A stretch of 64,000 nt of DNA, taken from contig NC_086097.1 in NCBI RefSeq assembly GCF_963921235.1, forward strand, positions 169,758,001-169,822,000. The letters are read 5' to 3'. This DNA is from Mobula hypostoma. Lineage: Eukaryota. Below the pieces are notes generated by a model. The model saw nothing but the letters and a program-made list of their open reading frames with translations, made no database searches and was not told the origin of the DNA. Both the position numbers and the translations under genes were made by a program. Below are positions 26,700 to 38,954 of the stretch, one piece after another. The first letter of the stretch is position 1, and the number at the start of each line of letters is the position of its first letter.

Positions 26700-26870
26700 A
26701 AGAGTAATCTACAATAGATATCCAACTTTATGGTGTGTCTTTATGGGAGGAACCCAGAATACCCCATAAACACAATGTCATGGGGAGAATGTGCAGATTT
26801 CACACTAGCAGCACCTGAGCTCGCGGTTGAACGGGGATTCCTGGAGACACTATTGTTGTGCCACTGCTTA
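26700..26870 (-). mobile_element. Decayed tRNA-derived SINE
   Basis: ggggagaatgtgcagatttcacac...ggttgaacggggattc, a typical fish SINE body with B-box region; related copy at ~46860-47070. Confidence 0.55.
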
Positions 26871-27574
26871 GATATGATGACCTTCATTCTGCTGTGCTGT
26901 TGAAGTGTGGAATTAGTTTACTATTGGCACACGTACAGAGATGCAGTGAAGAATGTCTTGCATGATCAAACTGATGCCTTGATGTAGAAAAAGGTTAAAC
27001 AATAACAATGCAGAATAAATTATAACAGTTGCAAAGAAAGTGGAATGCAGTTAGACAATATAATTCAAGGTCATAATGAGATAAGTTGTTAGATTAAAAG
27101 TTTTTCTTATCATCCTAACAACCATTTATTAGTCATCAGTGGGGTATAAGCTGTTCTAGAAATGTGCTGAGACTATGTAGGTATTTACAGGATTTTAACA
27201 CAGAAGGTGAAGGAATAGGGTAAAGATAGGTGGTTAAAAAGGTGTATGATATACCTGCCTTTCATTGGTTGGGGCATTGTGTATAAGGTTCAGGAAGTCA
27301 TTTAGCATCTGTACAGAAATTTTGTTAAACTGCATTTGGATGATTTTGTGCAGTTCTACTTGCTTGGCCCATTACAGGAAGGATGTGGAGGCTTTGGAAA
27401 GGTTGTAGAAGAGGTTCATCAGGCTGCTGTCTGGAGTAGAGAATGTTAGCTCCAAGGAGAGGTTGGAAAAACCTGGATTATTTTCTCTGGAGCATCAGAG
27501 GCTGAGGGGAGATCTGATGGAGGTTATGAAATTGAGAGGCATAGATAAGGTAGATGGTCTGAGTCTTTGCAGAA

Positions 27575-28000
27575 AGAAATAATTAGTTGATGTTTCAGGT
27601 TGAGACCCTTCATTAGGGCTGGAAATGAAGGGGGAAGAAGTTTCAGGAAACAAAGAGTACAAGCTAGAAGGTGATACGTGAAGCCATGTGGGTGGGGAAG
27701 GGGGGGGAATAAAGTGTGAAGCTGGAACATGATCGGTGGCAAAGGTAAAGGGCTGAAGAAGGAATCTGGTAGGAGAGAAGGGTGGACCATGGGAGAAAGG
27801 GAAGGAGGAGGAGGTACCAGGGGAGGTGATAAACAGGTGAGAAGAGGTAAAAGGGGATCCAGAGTGGGGAATGGAAAAAAAGGAAAGGAAGTTAGAGAAG
27901 TTATGTTCATGACATCAGGTTGAAGGTTCCCCGACTCGCCGCTTTCCTCAGGGATTGCTCTCTCCATGATTTCCTTGTCCATTTGTCCTTCCCTGCTAAT
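27575..28000 (-). mobile_element. Penelope-like element 3' region (inverted)
   Basis: Reverse complement of the pyrimidine-rich PLE 3' region with degenerate hammerhead motif at ~27580-27620. Confidence 0.7.
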
Positions 28001-28002
28001 CT

Positions 28003-29190
28003 CATAAGAACATAAGAAATAGGAGCAAGAGTAGGGCATCTGGCCTGTTGAGCCTGCTCTGCCATTCAGTGAGATCGTGGCTGATCTGACCATGGACTCA
28101 TCTCCACCTTCCTTCCTTTTCCCTATAACACTTAATTCCCCTAATATGCAAAAATCTATCCAACCTTGTCCTAAATATATTTACTGAGGTAGCGTCCACT
28201 GCTTCTTTGGGCAGAGAATTCCACAGATTCACCATTCTTCAGGAAAAGCTCATTTCCGTCCTAAATTTACTCTCCCAAATCTTGAGGCTATGTCCCCGAG
28301 TTCTAGTCTCACCTACCAGTTGAAGCAAGTTTCCTGCCTCTATCTTATCTATACCTTTCATAATTTTATATGTTTCGATAAGATACCTCTCATTCTTCTG
28401 AATTCCAGCGGGTACAGTGACAAGTGACTCAATTTCCTCATAGTCTAACCCCCTCATCTCTGGAATCAACCTTGTGAACCTCCTCTGCATGGTCTCCAAA
28501 GCCAGTATGTCCTTCCTCAAGTAAGGAGACCAGAAATGCACGCGGTACTCCAGATGCAGCCTCACCAGTACCCTGTACAGTTGCAGCATAACCTCCCTGC
28601 TCTTAAATTCAATCCCACTGGCAATGAAGGCCAACATTCCATTTGCCTTCTTGATAGCCTGCTGCACCTGCAAACCAACCTTTTGCGATTCATGCACAAG
28701 CACTCCCGAGTCCCTCTGTACAGCAGCATGCTGCAATCTTTTACCATTTAAATAATAATGTGATCTTCCATTTTTCCTTCCAAAGTGGATGACCTCACAT
28801 TTACCAGCACTGTACTTCATCTGCCAGACCCTTGCCCACACACTTAACCTAACTATATCTCTTTGCAGACTCCCCATATCCTCTGAACAATTTGCTTTTC
28901 CACTCAATTTAGTATCATCAGCAAACTTAGATACACTACACTCAGTCCCCTTTTCCAGATCGTTAATGTATATTGTGAACAGTTGCGAGCCCAGCACTGA
29001 CCGCTCACCACTGATTGCCAACCAGAGAAACACCCGTGTATCAACTCTCTGTTTCTATTGGTCAACCAATCCTCTATTCATGCTAGTATATCATCCCCAC
29101 CTCTATGTATCCTTATCTTATAGAAAAGTCTTTTATGTGGCGCTTGTTATATCTTCAAAGAACTTCAGTAAGTTTGTCAAACAGGCACTT
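28003..29190 (-). mobile_element. CR1 ORF2 3' fragment
   Basis: ORF 28239-29033: SVLGSQLFTIYINDL, KFADDTKL, LVRLHLEY; (cataagaa)n tail. Confidence 0.92.
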
Positions 29191-29219
29191 ATCCCCGTAA
29201 GTAGAAGTGCTATACCTAG

Positions 29220-29765
29220 ACACCTTCTTCCTCAGCTACATCCAGGCCCCAAACAGTCCTTCCTGCAAATCTGTAGGGGTCATTTACTGCATCCGGTGCT
29301 TCTCATGTGGCCTCCTTTACATTGGTGAGATCCAACGTAGATTGGGGGATCACCTTGTTGAACAGCTTTGCTCCACGTGCAACAAATAGGATTTCCTGGT
29401 AGCCAACCATTTTAGTTCCAATCCCCACTCCCATTCTGATGTCAATTTATAGTCTCCTCTACTGCCACGATGAGGTCACTCTCAATTTGGAGGAGCAGTA
29501 CTTCATATTCCATCTGGGTAGCCTCCCATTTCAGCCCCTCTCCTCCACCCACCTGGCTTCACCTATCACCTTCTAGCTTGTACTTTTCCTTCCCCCATCT
29601 TTCTTATTCTGCCTTCTTCCCCTTCCTATCCATTCCCATGAAGGGTCTTAGCTCGAAATGTCGACTGATTATTCCTTTCCATAGATGCTGCTTAAGCTGC
29701 TGAGTTCCTCCAGCACTTTGTGTGTGTTATTCTGGATTTCCAACATCTGCACAGACTCTTGTGTT
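29220..29765 (+). mobile_element. Penelope-like element 3' fragment with GIY-YIG endonuclease remnant
   Basis: GVIYCIRCFSCGLLYIGEIQRRLGDH, VANHF, then terminal repeat with degenerate hammerhead motif. Confidence 0.85.
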
Positions 29766-29789
29766 CATGGTCTGAGCCTTCTCCTAAGA

Positions 29790-31001
29790 GGGGTCCCCAA
29801 CCTTTTTTGCATTGCGGACCGGTTTAATATTGACAATATTCTTGTGGACCGGCCGACCGGGGGGGGGGGTGAGGGTAGGGTTGCCAACGGACAAGAGTAG
29901 CAGTCAGATGAGTTGTTTACCCAGAAAGACTACAATGGCCATGAAGCCTTGCGTGGGTGCACATGCGCGTCGTGACCTGCCGATTCCCGCCCCGCCTGCC
30001 CCAGCAAATCCTTTTTGGCGATTCTGTTCATGGGGGTGGGTGTTAATCACTACTGGAATATAGGCAATAAGTGGGTAATATACTCAATTTTGTTTCTAAA
30101 AGGGTTTATCTAACGAATTTAATATTAAACACAGCGCATATTTTCCTCGCATGAATACAGTGATAAGTCAATTATCAGGGGAGGACAGGAGAGCTTGAAG
30201 TGTTGAACGAACTTCCAGTAGAAATGGTAGAGGCAGGTTCAATATTATTTGAAGAAAAATTGGATAGGTATATGGACAGGAAAGGAATGGAAGGTTATGG
30301 GCTGTTGCAGGTTGGCGGGACTAGGTGAGAGTAGCGTTCGGCACGGACTAGGATGGCCGAGAAGGCCTGTTTCCGTGCTGTAATTGTTAGAGGGTCACTT
30401 ATAAGTCAATAGCATCATAACATTTGAAGTAACATTTGGATATTAAACACACAGCACATATTTTCCCCATATGAACATATAAAATCATTGCAACACACCA
30501 ATATGGCTGAATCAGTGGGAGCCCTGGGCTTGTTTCCCTGCAACAACACGGTCCTATCGAGGGGTGATGGGAGACAGCGATACTCGAAGGGAGTTCCTTA
30601 TGTCCAGTCTATTCCGCAATTTAGTTTTCGTTGCATTCATTGCAGAAAACTCTGCTTCGCAGAAAAATGTTGGAAATGAAAGCAACGTTTTCAGTGCTTT
30701 CATGGCTATCTCAGGATATTTAGCCTTAACTTCGATACAAAATGCTGACAGATGTTATGTCAAACATACTTTTCAGCCCGTCGTCATTTGCAAGCTCGAG
30801 GAGTTGATCTCCTTCCCACCCTGACATGGATGACGCGCGGGTCACGACCTCGCATGCGTAATGGCTGATCAGTGGCCGTGACAGGGAATGAGGAAAGGTG
30901 CAGCTGACTCATATCGCCAAATCATATCGTTTCCTCACGGCCCGGTAGCGCATGCTCTGCGGCCCGGTACTGGTCCGCGGCCCGGTGGTTGGGGACCACT
31001 G
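29790..31001 (-). mobile_element. Non-autonomous hAT (Charlie/Buster-like) DNA transposon
   Basis: TIRs ggggtccccaacc / ggttggggaccactg; 8-bp direct repeat tcctaaga at 29782-29789 and 31002-31009; minus-strand remnant VKAKYPEIAMKALKTLLSFPTFFCEAEFS resembles the hAT dimerisation domain. Confidence 0.85.
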
Positions 31002-31734
31002 TCCTAAGAGAGAAATGCTATATACTAGAGGACCTAATCTTAAAGTGAGAGGGGGAAAATTTAAAGATGATGTGCAGGGTAAGATTTTTATGCAGAGAGT
31101 GATGGGTGTATGGAACTCAGTACTCTTAGTGAAAACCTTTACAATAATGGCGGTCCAGAGCCATTTAGACAGGCATATGATCAATCTGGAATGGAGGGAT
31201 AGGGACCATGTGCAAACAGACAGGATTATTGTAATTTTGCAGCATGGTCGGCACAGACATCTTGGGCTGAAGAGCCTGTTTGTGTGCTGTATTGTTCTGT
31301 AAAGCATATGTTTGCAAGTCGGCATGGTGCGTGACTTAGTGGAGGACCTGTGTCTGTTGCATTCTTGGTAGATGAGTTTATGGTTTTGTTCCTTGCTGAT
31401 GAAACAATCATTATCAGGTGGTGCAAGCTACAACTCCCTATTGCTTTGGGATGGCAAGGGTAAATGGTTAGGGATGTGGCTTGTGTGTTGATCAAGGAGG
31501 TTTCTTTACCCGGGATTGTATTGAACTTGATTGCCTTGTAAAGAAGAACTTCTTTGTGATTTACCATTCCTTTTGAAGATCTGAGATTGTCCGTTGCCCA
31601 AGGACTGGGATTAGGCATTGGTTGATTGTCCCTGAAAGATGGTGTCTTTAGCACTGAATTTCTTGAGAAATTTGAAGAAAGATGAGATGTATGAGTTAAT
31701 ATTCAAAGTTCATTGAATGTTATGCACAAATTAG

Positions 31735-31887
<153 letters not shown>

Positions 31888-33214
31888 TGATGCTTTGGGT
31901 ATTGCAATATATGTTCATGTGATTTAGTTTCAAATGCTCTAAGATATTCTGGCATCTCATGGAAAGCTTTGTAGCTGTAGGTCTTTCAAAGTAAGACATT
32001 CAGCTGATTTTTGTAAAACAAAATAGCAGTAATGATAATAGTAGCATGACTTGTGGAAGAATCGAGTTTTGTTTAGATAACAAGTTGACAATCAATGACC
32101 TGGCCTATAACTTATACATTTGGCTTCTAAGTCACATTTCAGTGCTTCAGCCAATAATTTGAAGAAACTAAGTTGGAATATATTTCTTAAAACTGGTTTA
32201 TTTTTGTAAAAACTTCAAAGTGAAAGGAGTAAACAGTGTGTAGACCCCTGAGTGAATTGGATTCTGCACTGATTTTAAAATAAAGACAACCCCACTGCCC
32301 TGTATTTATATTGCATTCCTCCTAAAGTTTAATATAAATAGGCTGAATAGAATAGAATACTATAGCATGTCCAAGCTGTTCAGCCCTCGATAAATCTAAT
32401 ACATCTATGCTTCAAAAAGATTTTTGCAGTACATTAATTAGTCAGAATATCAATATTACTTCAACAGCTGTGCAGATGTGTGCAAGCCATACAGTTGTGT
32501 TGCCTTTTGCATCGAGCGCATTTGGTTTTCACTGGGCAGGCCAAATTAGTTATTTTGTTGGATTGTTTTAATCTTGCATCGGGGACATTAGATCTTGCTA
32601 ACTGCGCTGAATGTACCAGAATCGATCTTTAACAGAAGAAATACAGTATACAATAAAATATAATAACATGATAGAACAACTGGTAGGTATTTGGCTCTTC
32701 CTGCCTCTGTGCTGCCTCTTTGTGACATTGTTCTCTTTTGTTCTTGTGGTCCTGCAAGGTTTTCCCTTTTAAGTATTAATCTAATTTCCTATCACATCTG
32801 CTTCCACTACAACTTCAGGTGGAATAGTCACAATTGTTTCCGGGGGGTGAATGATTGTTGATCATAGTCTGAGGTATTGAAGTAGAAGAAGATGTATGAG
32901 TGCTGTACAGAAAAACAAAAACAAATTAGAAACTGTGAAATGTGGAATATAGATTGCTGGAAATCTAATAAAAGAGAATGTTGGAATGCTCAATTTCAGA
33001 ATCAGGTTTAATATCACTGATATTTGTGAAAGTTTTTGTTTTGTGGCAGCAGTACAGTGCAAGACATAAAAAAAAATTAAAAGTTACAATAAAAAAACCC
33101 AGTACAAAAGACGAATAATGAAGTTATGTTTATGGATCATTCAGAGATTTGGTGGCAGAGATAAAGAAGCTGTTCCTAAAACATTGAGTGTCAGTCTTCA
33201 GGCTCCTCTACCAC

Positions 33215-33960
33215 CTTAATAGGTATATTTAATGTCAGAGAAATGTATACAATATATATCCTGAAATTCTTTTTCTTCGCAAACATCTGTGAAAACAGGA
33301 GTGCCCCAAAGATTGAATGACAGTTAAATGTTAGAATGCCAATGCTCCCCCCCCGCGCATAAGCAGCAACAAAGCAATGATCTCCTCCCCCCCACCAGCA
33401 AAATAGCATCAGCACCTTCCACCGAGCACTCAAGCATGCAGCAAAGCATTAATAAAGACACAGACTTGCAGGACCACAAAGACTACTCGTTCACCCAGTA
33501 ACTCGACATGCCCTTATTATTCCCTCTAATGAGGGAAAAAGAGGTGTCCCCGTATCACAGCGAGAATGGAGACATAATGAAACCAACTTACTGACTTATG
33601 GTGTTAAAAGTCTGTTGTGTTGTTTTTCTTGAGCTCCGTGCCCAAAGAACTTGGGTCTCTGGGCACACAGCCAGTAGCCAGCTCGCTGCTTTTGATCTTC
33701 CATCTCTCTTGTCTCACCAGGAGGCGGCATGGACCTCTAGTCTGCCCACCTCCAGAGCCACGAAAATCTGGCACTCTGAAGGCGCACTAGTCTTCCAGGC
33801 CTTGGCATATCGAAAAGTGGCCAGTCGTGAGACCCCGAGAGCGGGTCCCATTTCTGCAAAGAACCGAATTTAATGTGTAACTCTAAAGATAGAAATAGAG
33901 CTGTTTCCGAAGTTGCAAGCAAAGGAGTTGCAGTTAGGTGCCATCGTCCTCCTTAGCTTC
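33215..33960 (-). mobile_element. Non-autonomous retroposon-like repeat nested in a LINE 3' fragment
   Basis: Interrupts a Rex/Babar-like 3' remnant (32990-33215 resumes ~33970); minus strand starts gacgatggcacc and ends in an attaaa-containing tail. Confidence 0.5.
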
Positions 33961-34784
33961 ACCCAGTCGTGGATGGTGTTAATGAGAAGAGTGAATGTTC
34001 TGGTTGTTCAGAGTCCTTAATGATGGATGTTGCCTTTTTGAGGCACTGTCTTTTTTCTACTCTCATTCATCCCTATTAGTATTACTTGAGACAGTAAGTT
34101 CTAATTAAGGAATGGCCATTTCCCTCTTGGACAGTATCAAAAGCAATTGCCACCTGAAACTTGGTCTCCACTGTATCTCAGATATAAGCTTTATTTTCTC
34201 CACCCTTCATAAATGCATTAAATGATTATTGGATCAGGTAGCACTGGTGGTGGAAGAGTGAAATTGTCAGGTTGATGAGATTTCATTAAAATTGTAAAAA
34301 GCTAGAGGAAAAACAAGTATAAAAATGCAAAGAAAATGGATGTTAGTGAAACAGAATACAAGAAGTTAATGACAAAAATTAAGATCCTGCTATTTTCTTT
34401 ACCAGTTTGGATGAAGGGTCATTGACTTGAAACATTAACTCTCTTTTCTCTTGCCATTGTTCCTACCTGACCTGCTGAGCATCTCTGCCAAATGTTTCTA
34501 CTTTTCTGTCACTGAGAACGGTTTCTTCTTATTTACTCTTGTCAAAGCTCTGAACGATTTTGAGTTGGATATATGAAATCTCCTGGATCTTCCCTGTGGG
34601 GAGAATATACTCTGGTTAGCCTCCATATGACTTGTCTTTCGTATTTTTCAATGAAAAATCCCATTTCAATCCTTAAGACCTTGACAGCCTTTCCTAATGT
34701 TTTCCTTTAAACAAAATTGGCAACTCGCTTTTGTTAACGGGATGAAGGTTAAGGTAGATAGATTTACTTGACATAACTGAAATA

Positions 34785-37412
34785 CAGGTTTCCCCTGCTA
34801 TCCGAAGGTAGAGTGTTCCTATGAAATGGTTCGTAAGCCGGAATGTCGCAAAGTGAATACAGATTGCTGATTGTGTCGCCTCTGATCTGGGCCGATATTT
34901 ACGCGCCGGGCGGCACCTAATTAATTAGCTTGTTTATTTCGGCTTTTTCCTTAAAGACGTGCTGGGTGCGTCCCGGCTACCGCTGTACTCTCCGCGGATC
35001 GGTATCGGTTCGCTGCCTGGTGGTTGGGGACCACTGCACCACCTCAACCTCCGACGACTCAGCCTAACACACCATCATCAGTGTGCTCGGCGCTGACTTC
35101 TGGATTCCGGTAACTGACACTACACTGTGCATACATTATTTCTACTTTATATAGGCTGTGTATTTTTACACGTTATTTGGTATGATTTGGCAGCTTCATA
35201 GCTTAAAGGTTACTGGAGAGAGTGTTTCTGCCGAGAGCGCTTGCGTGAGATTTTCTGCCGACGGCGCTTGTGTGAGATTTTCGCTACGGAGAACAGTGCG
35301 GCAATGATTGTAGAGAAGTATTTCTACTTTATATAGGCTGTGTATTTATCATATCATTCCTGCTTTTACTATATGTTACTGTTATTTTAGGTTTTATGTA
35401 TTATTTGGCATGATTTGGTAGGTTATTTTTGGGTCTGCGAACGCTCACAAAATTTTCCCTTATAAATAAATGGTAATTGCTTCTTCACTTTATGACATTC
35501 CGGCTTACCAACACTTCATAGGAACGCTCTACCTTCGGATGGCGGGGGAAACCTGTAAGCAATTACCATTTATTAATATGAGAAAAATTTTTGAGAGTTC
35601 CCAGACCCAAAAAATAACCTACAAAATCATGCCAAATAACACATAAAACCTAAAATAATAGTAACATATAGTAAAAGCAGGAATGATATGATAAATACAC
35701 AGCCTATATAAAGTAGAAATACTTCTCTACAATCATTGCCGCACTGTTCTCTGTAGCGAAAATCTCATGCAAGTGCTCTCAGCAGAAACACGGCGCAAGT
35801 GCTCTCGGCAGAAACACCCTCTCCAGTTACCTTTAAGCTATGAAGCTGCCAAATCATACCAAATAACATGTAAAAATACACAGCCTATATAAAGTGGAAA
35901 TAATATATGTACAGTAGCCAAACTCACTACTGTCGTATTTATTGTTGATGGCTCGAAGCCTTTAAAATCATTCACTGCTTCGAGACACAGTTTCCTAAAA
36001 ACACCATTTCTCATCGAGACTGTTAGCCTATCAAGAGCATCTCCAATGTTGGCAGTTGCCAGTTTTATATTGTTGTCTTTCCAGATCTCTGGCAAAGACA
36101 CCTTGGAGTTGCCCCCTCTGTCAATGGTACTTAGAATAAAACGCATTACATTTTGTGTACAGTAAGCCTTAATTGTGGCTATTAGGCCTTGGTCACATGG
36201 CTGCAGCAACGATGTCGTATTCGGCGGTAAGGACGCAACAGCAATGTTACCGCCATACTCGGTAATGCCAGGCGGATGAGCAGCACAATTATCGACAATC
36301 ACACCTATTATCGAGGTTATTTTCTCTACAGTATTTTTCAACAAAAGGACTAACGTATCCACTCATGTACTCAGAAAAAAGCACTTGAGTATTCCAACCA
36401 CTTGGATGTGAATGAAACGCAACAGAAAGTGTTTTCTTATCTACACCTTTAAGTGCCCTCAGATTTTCTGAATGGTACACTAGTAGAGGCTTAAGGACAG
36501 CATCACCAGTGGTGTTAATAATAGCCATTAGGATAAACCTGTCCTTCGATGCCTTGTGTCCCTTAGCCTGCTTTTCTTCTATTGAAATAAATGTCTTGCT
36601 CGGCAATCTTTTCCAATAAATTGCAGTTTCGTCACAGTTAAACACTTGCTTATACGAATAACCACCTTCTGTAATTATTTTCTTCAGCTCTGCTGGGAAC
36701 TTTTCGGCGGCTTCAGTATCAGCCAAAGCACTCTTTCCAGTAAACATTAAACTATGAAGCTGCCCTTGCCTCAGAAACCGATCAAATCACCCATGACCAC
36801 CTTTAAATTCCACTTTTGCAACATTTTCATCACCATCGTCCAGTGCTTTCTGTCTCAGCTTATTAAAAAGACAACTGATTTCTCCTTAAGTATAAGAAAA
36901 CTTAACGGAACACCATGCTTTGTACACTCATCAATCCACTCAAGCTTTCCATTTTATCCATTATTGGATGCCGACTAAGAGAGACCACTTTGCTACGAGC
37001 AGAACCAACAGTAACATCGGCGGCTTTCAAAATTCTTTCTGTGTATAAATAGTGCGAATGGTGGACGCAGGCAAGTTCAACGCGTGGACAATGTCCTTAC
37101 TTCGTTCACCACGATCGAAATGCTTAATTATGCCTAGCTTTACGCAAAGTGTAACACCCTTACGAGCTCCTTTAGGCTTTTCCGATACCTTAGAATTCAT
37201 CTTGCTAACGGATGCACAAAATAAATCGAGATAAAGCACGTGCTTAAGCAATGGCGGCTAGAATGCAGTTCCGGGGGAGGAGCTTGGCTGTTCGGGCGTG
37301 CGCTGTCTTTTTTCGTAGCAGTGAAAACACCTTCTGTTACAGGTAACTAATATAGGTCTTTCGTAACAGCGAGGTGTCGTAAAGCGAATGTTTGAAAAAC
37401 GGGGGCTACCTG
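34785..37412 (-). mobile_element. Tigger/pogo-family DNA transposon with frameshifted transposase
   Basis: TA|CAGGT...ACCTG|TA termini; minus-strand HTH (RKGVTLCVKLGII..LNLPASTIRTI), QVFNCDET, VDNCAAHP, LPPNTTSLLQPCDQGLI; several frameshifts and C-terminal truncation. Confidence 0.93.
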
Positions 37413-37484
37413 TATTACAAAAAGGAGGAATTTTGGGAAGAAGTAGCACTTGGATTAACAAATACGTTGTTCTTGTGTTCGTAA

Positions 37485-37736
<252 letters not shown>

Positions 37737-38954
37737 TAAGTGAATTTGTCTTAAGTGCAAACCATTTTAACAATGTCAGATCTTGCGTGGGAAGGAGGAG
37801 GAGCATTAAAACTTATGATGTGTGAAACTAGTTGTGTGCTAAACTTAGTTATACTGTTGCTTCAGGTTTTCTATGCTCATCTTCCCTGTTCAAAAAAAAA
37901 CATTGGTCTGCTGCGCGTTTTTCTCATGAGTCCACTGGTATGAGTGTTTGCTTTTTTGAATGAACCGCATTCGTTCTCTTGCGTTCTCTATGGTATCCTC
38001 TGAATTGCTCAGTTCCTGATATTTCTTAAATTTCCTCCACTATTTGCTGGTGTGTAATAGAATAAGTTACTATGCATTTATAACTGCAACAATAAATTAT
38101 TAACAAGAACATGTATTTACTCAAAGAAACTGTTCCTTCGCTGTCATATAGTACTTCAGTCTAGACAATACTACACAAAACCTTGTCAAGTTCAGCACCA
38201 TTCAGAAGGACAGATGTATGGAGACACCATCCCTTTCATGTTTTTTTCCAAGGCACATATCACCCTGACTTGGATTCCTAAATCTGGATAAAAATCTTAA
38301 AATTCCACCTCAATCTGCTTAGTGAGTCAGAGGTTATTTGCATTAAGTAGGTTCAAGCTGGACAACAGTTGATGTCTCTGCTTGAAGTGTCCATGTTCTG
38401 AGATTGCTTCCCTTCGATGTGATTTGATTGAAAATATTTTATTTTGCACTTAATTCTATGTCCCACCTACTTACTGCTTTTAAAGTCCTTTTCTTTGTAA
38501 CTTAGCTTCTATCATTAACATTCCAATAGATTCTCTCCTCTCCTTCCCACTTTGTATTTTAGTACTTTTTCTCTATTTTTTAATTTCGTTTGGTGAAATC
38601 TCATCATTTTGAAACTTACTTTCTCCCACCACAGATGTTACTTAACAGGATGACAATTTCTATAATTTTGTTGTGTTAATATGTACACATTATCGCTGAA
38701 TTTGTCTGTTTCTAATTCTGTTGTTTTTGCAAAACTGCTGCTGTTGAAGTTCTTTTTTTCTTAAAAGGTTGCTAAGTATTCCATTACTGACCCTAAGTGA
38801 GTCAGTCCGTAAGCTTTTTCAAACCTGAAAATTTCATGTTAATTTGCTATTGTTTGTCTGGTCAGTTTTCCATCAAATAGCATATTTTGCCTTTACTCCT
38901 TGATTCCTAGCCCTTAGTTGCTGATGTGGACTACTTTTATTTTCTGTCATTTGA

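Noticed and set aside
35838..37251. Domesticated TIGD/CENP-B-like host gene
   Set aside because: Multiple frameshifts, truncation and retained TIRs with TA flanks indicate a dead transposon
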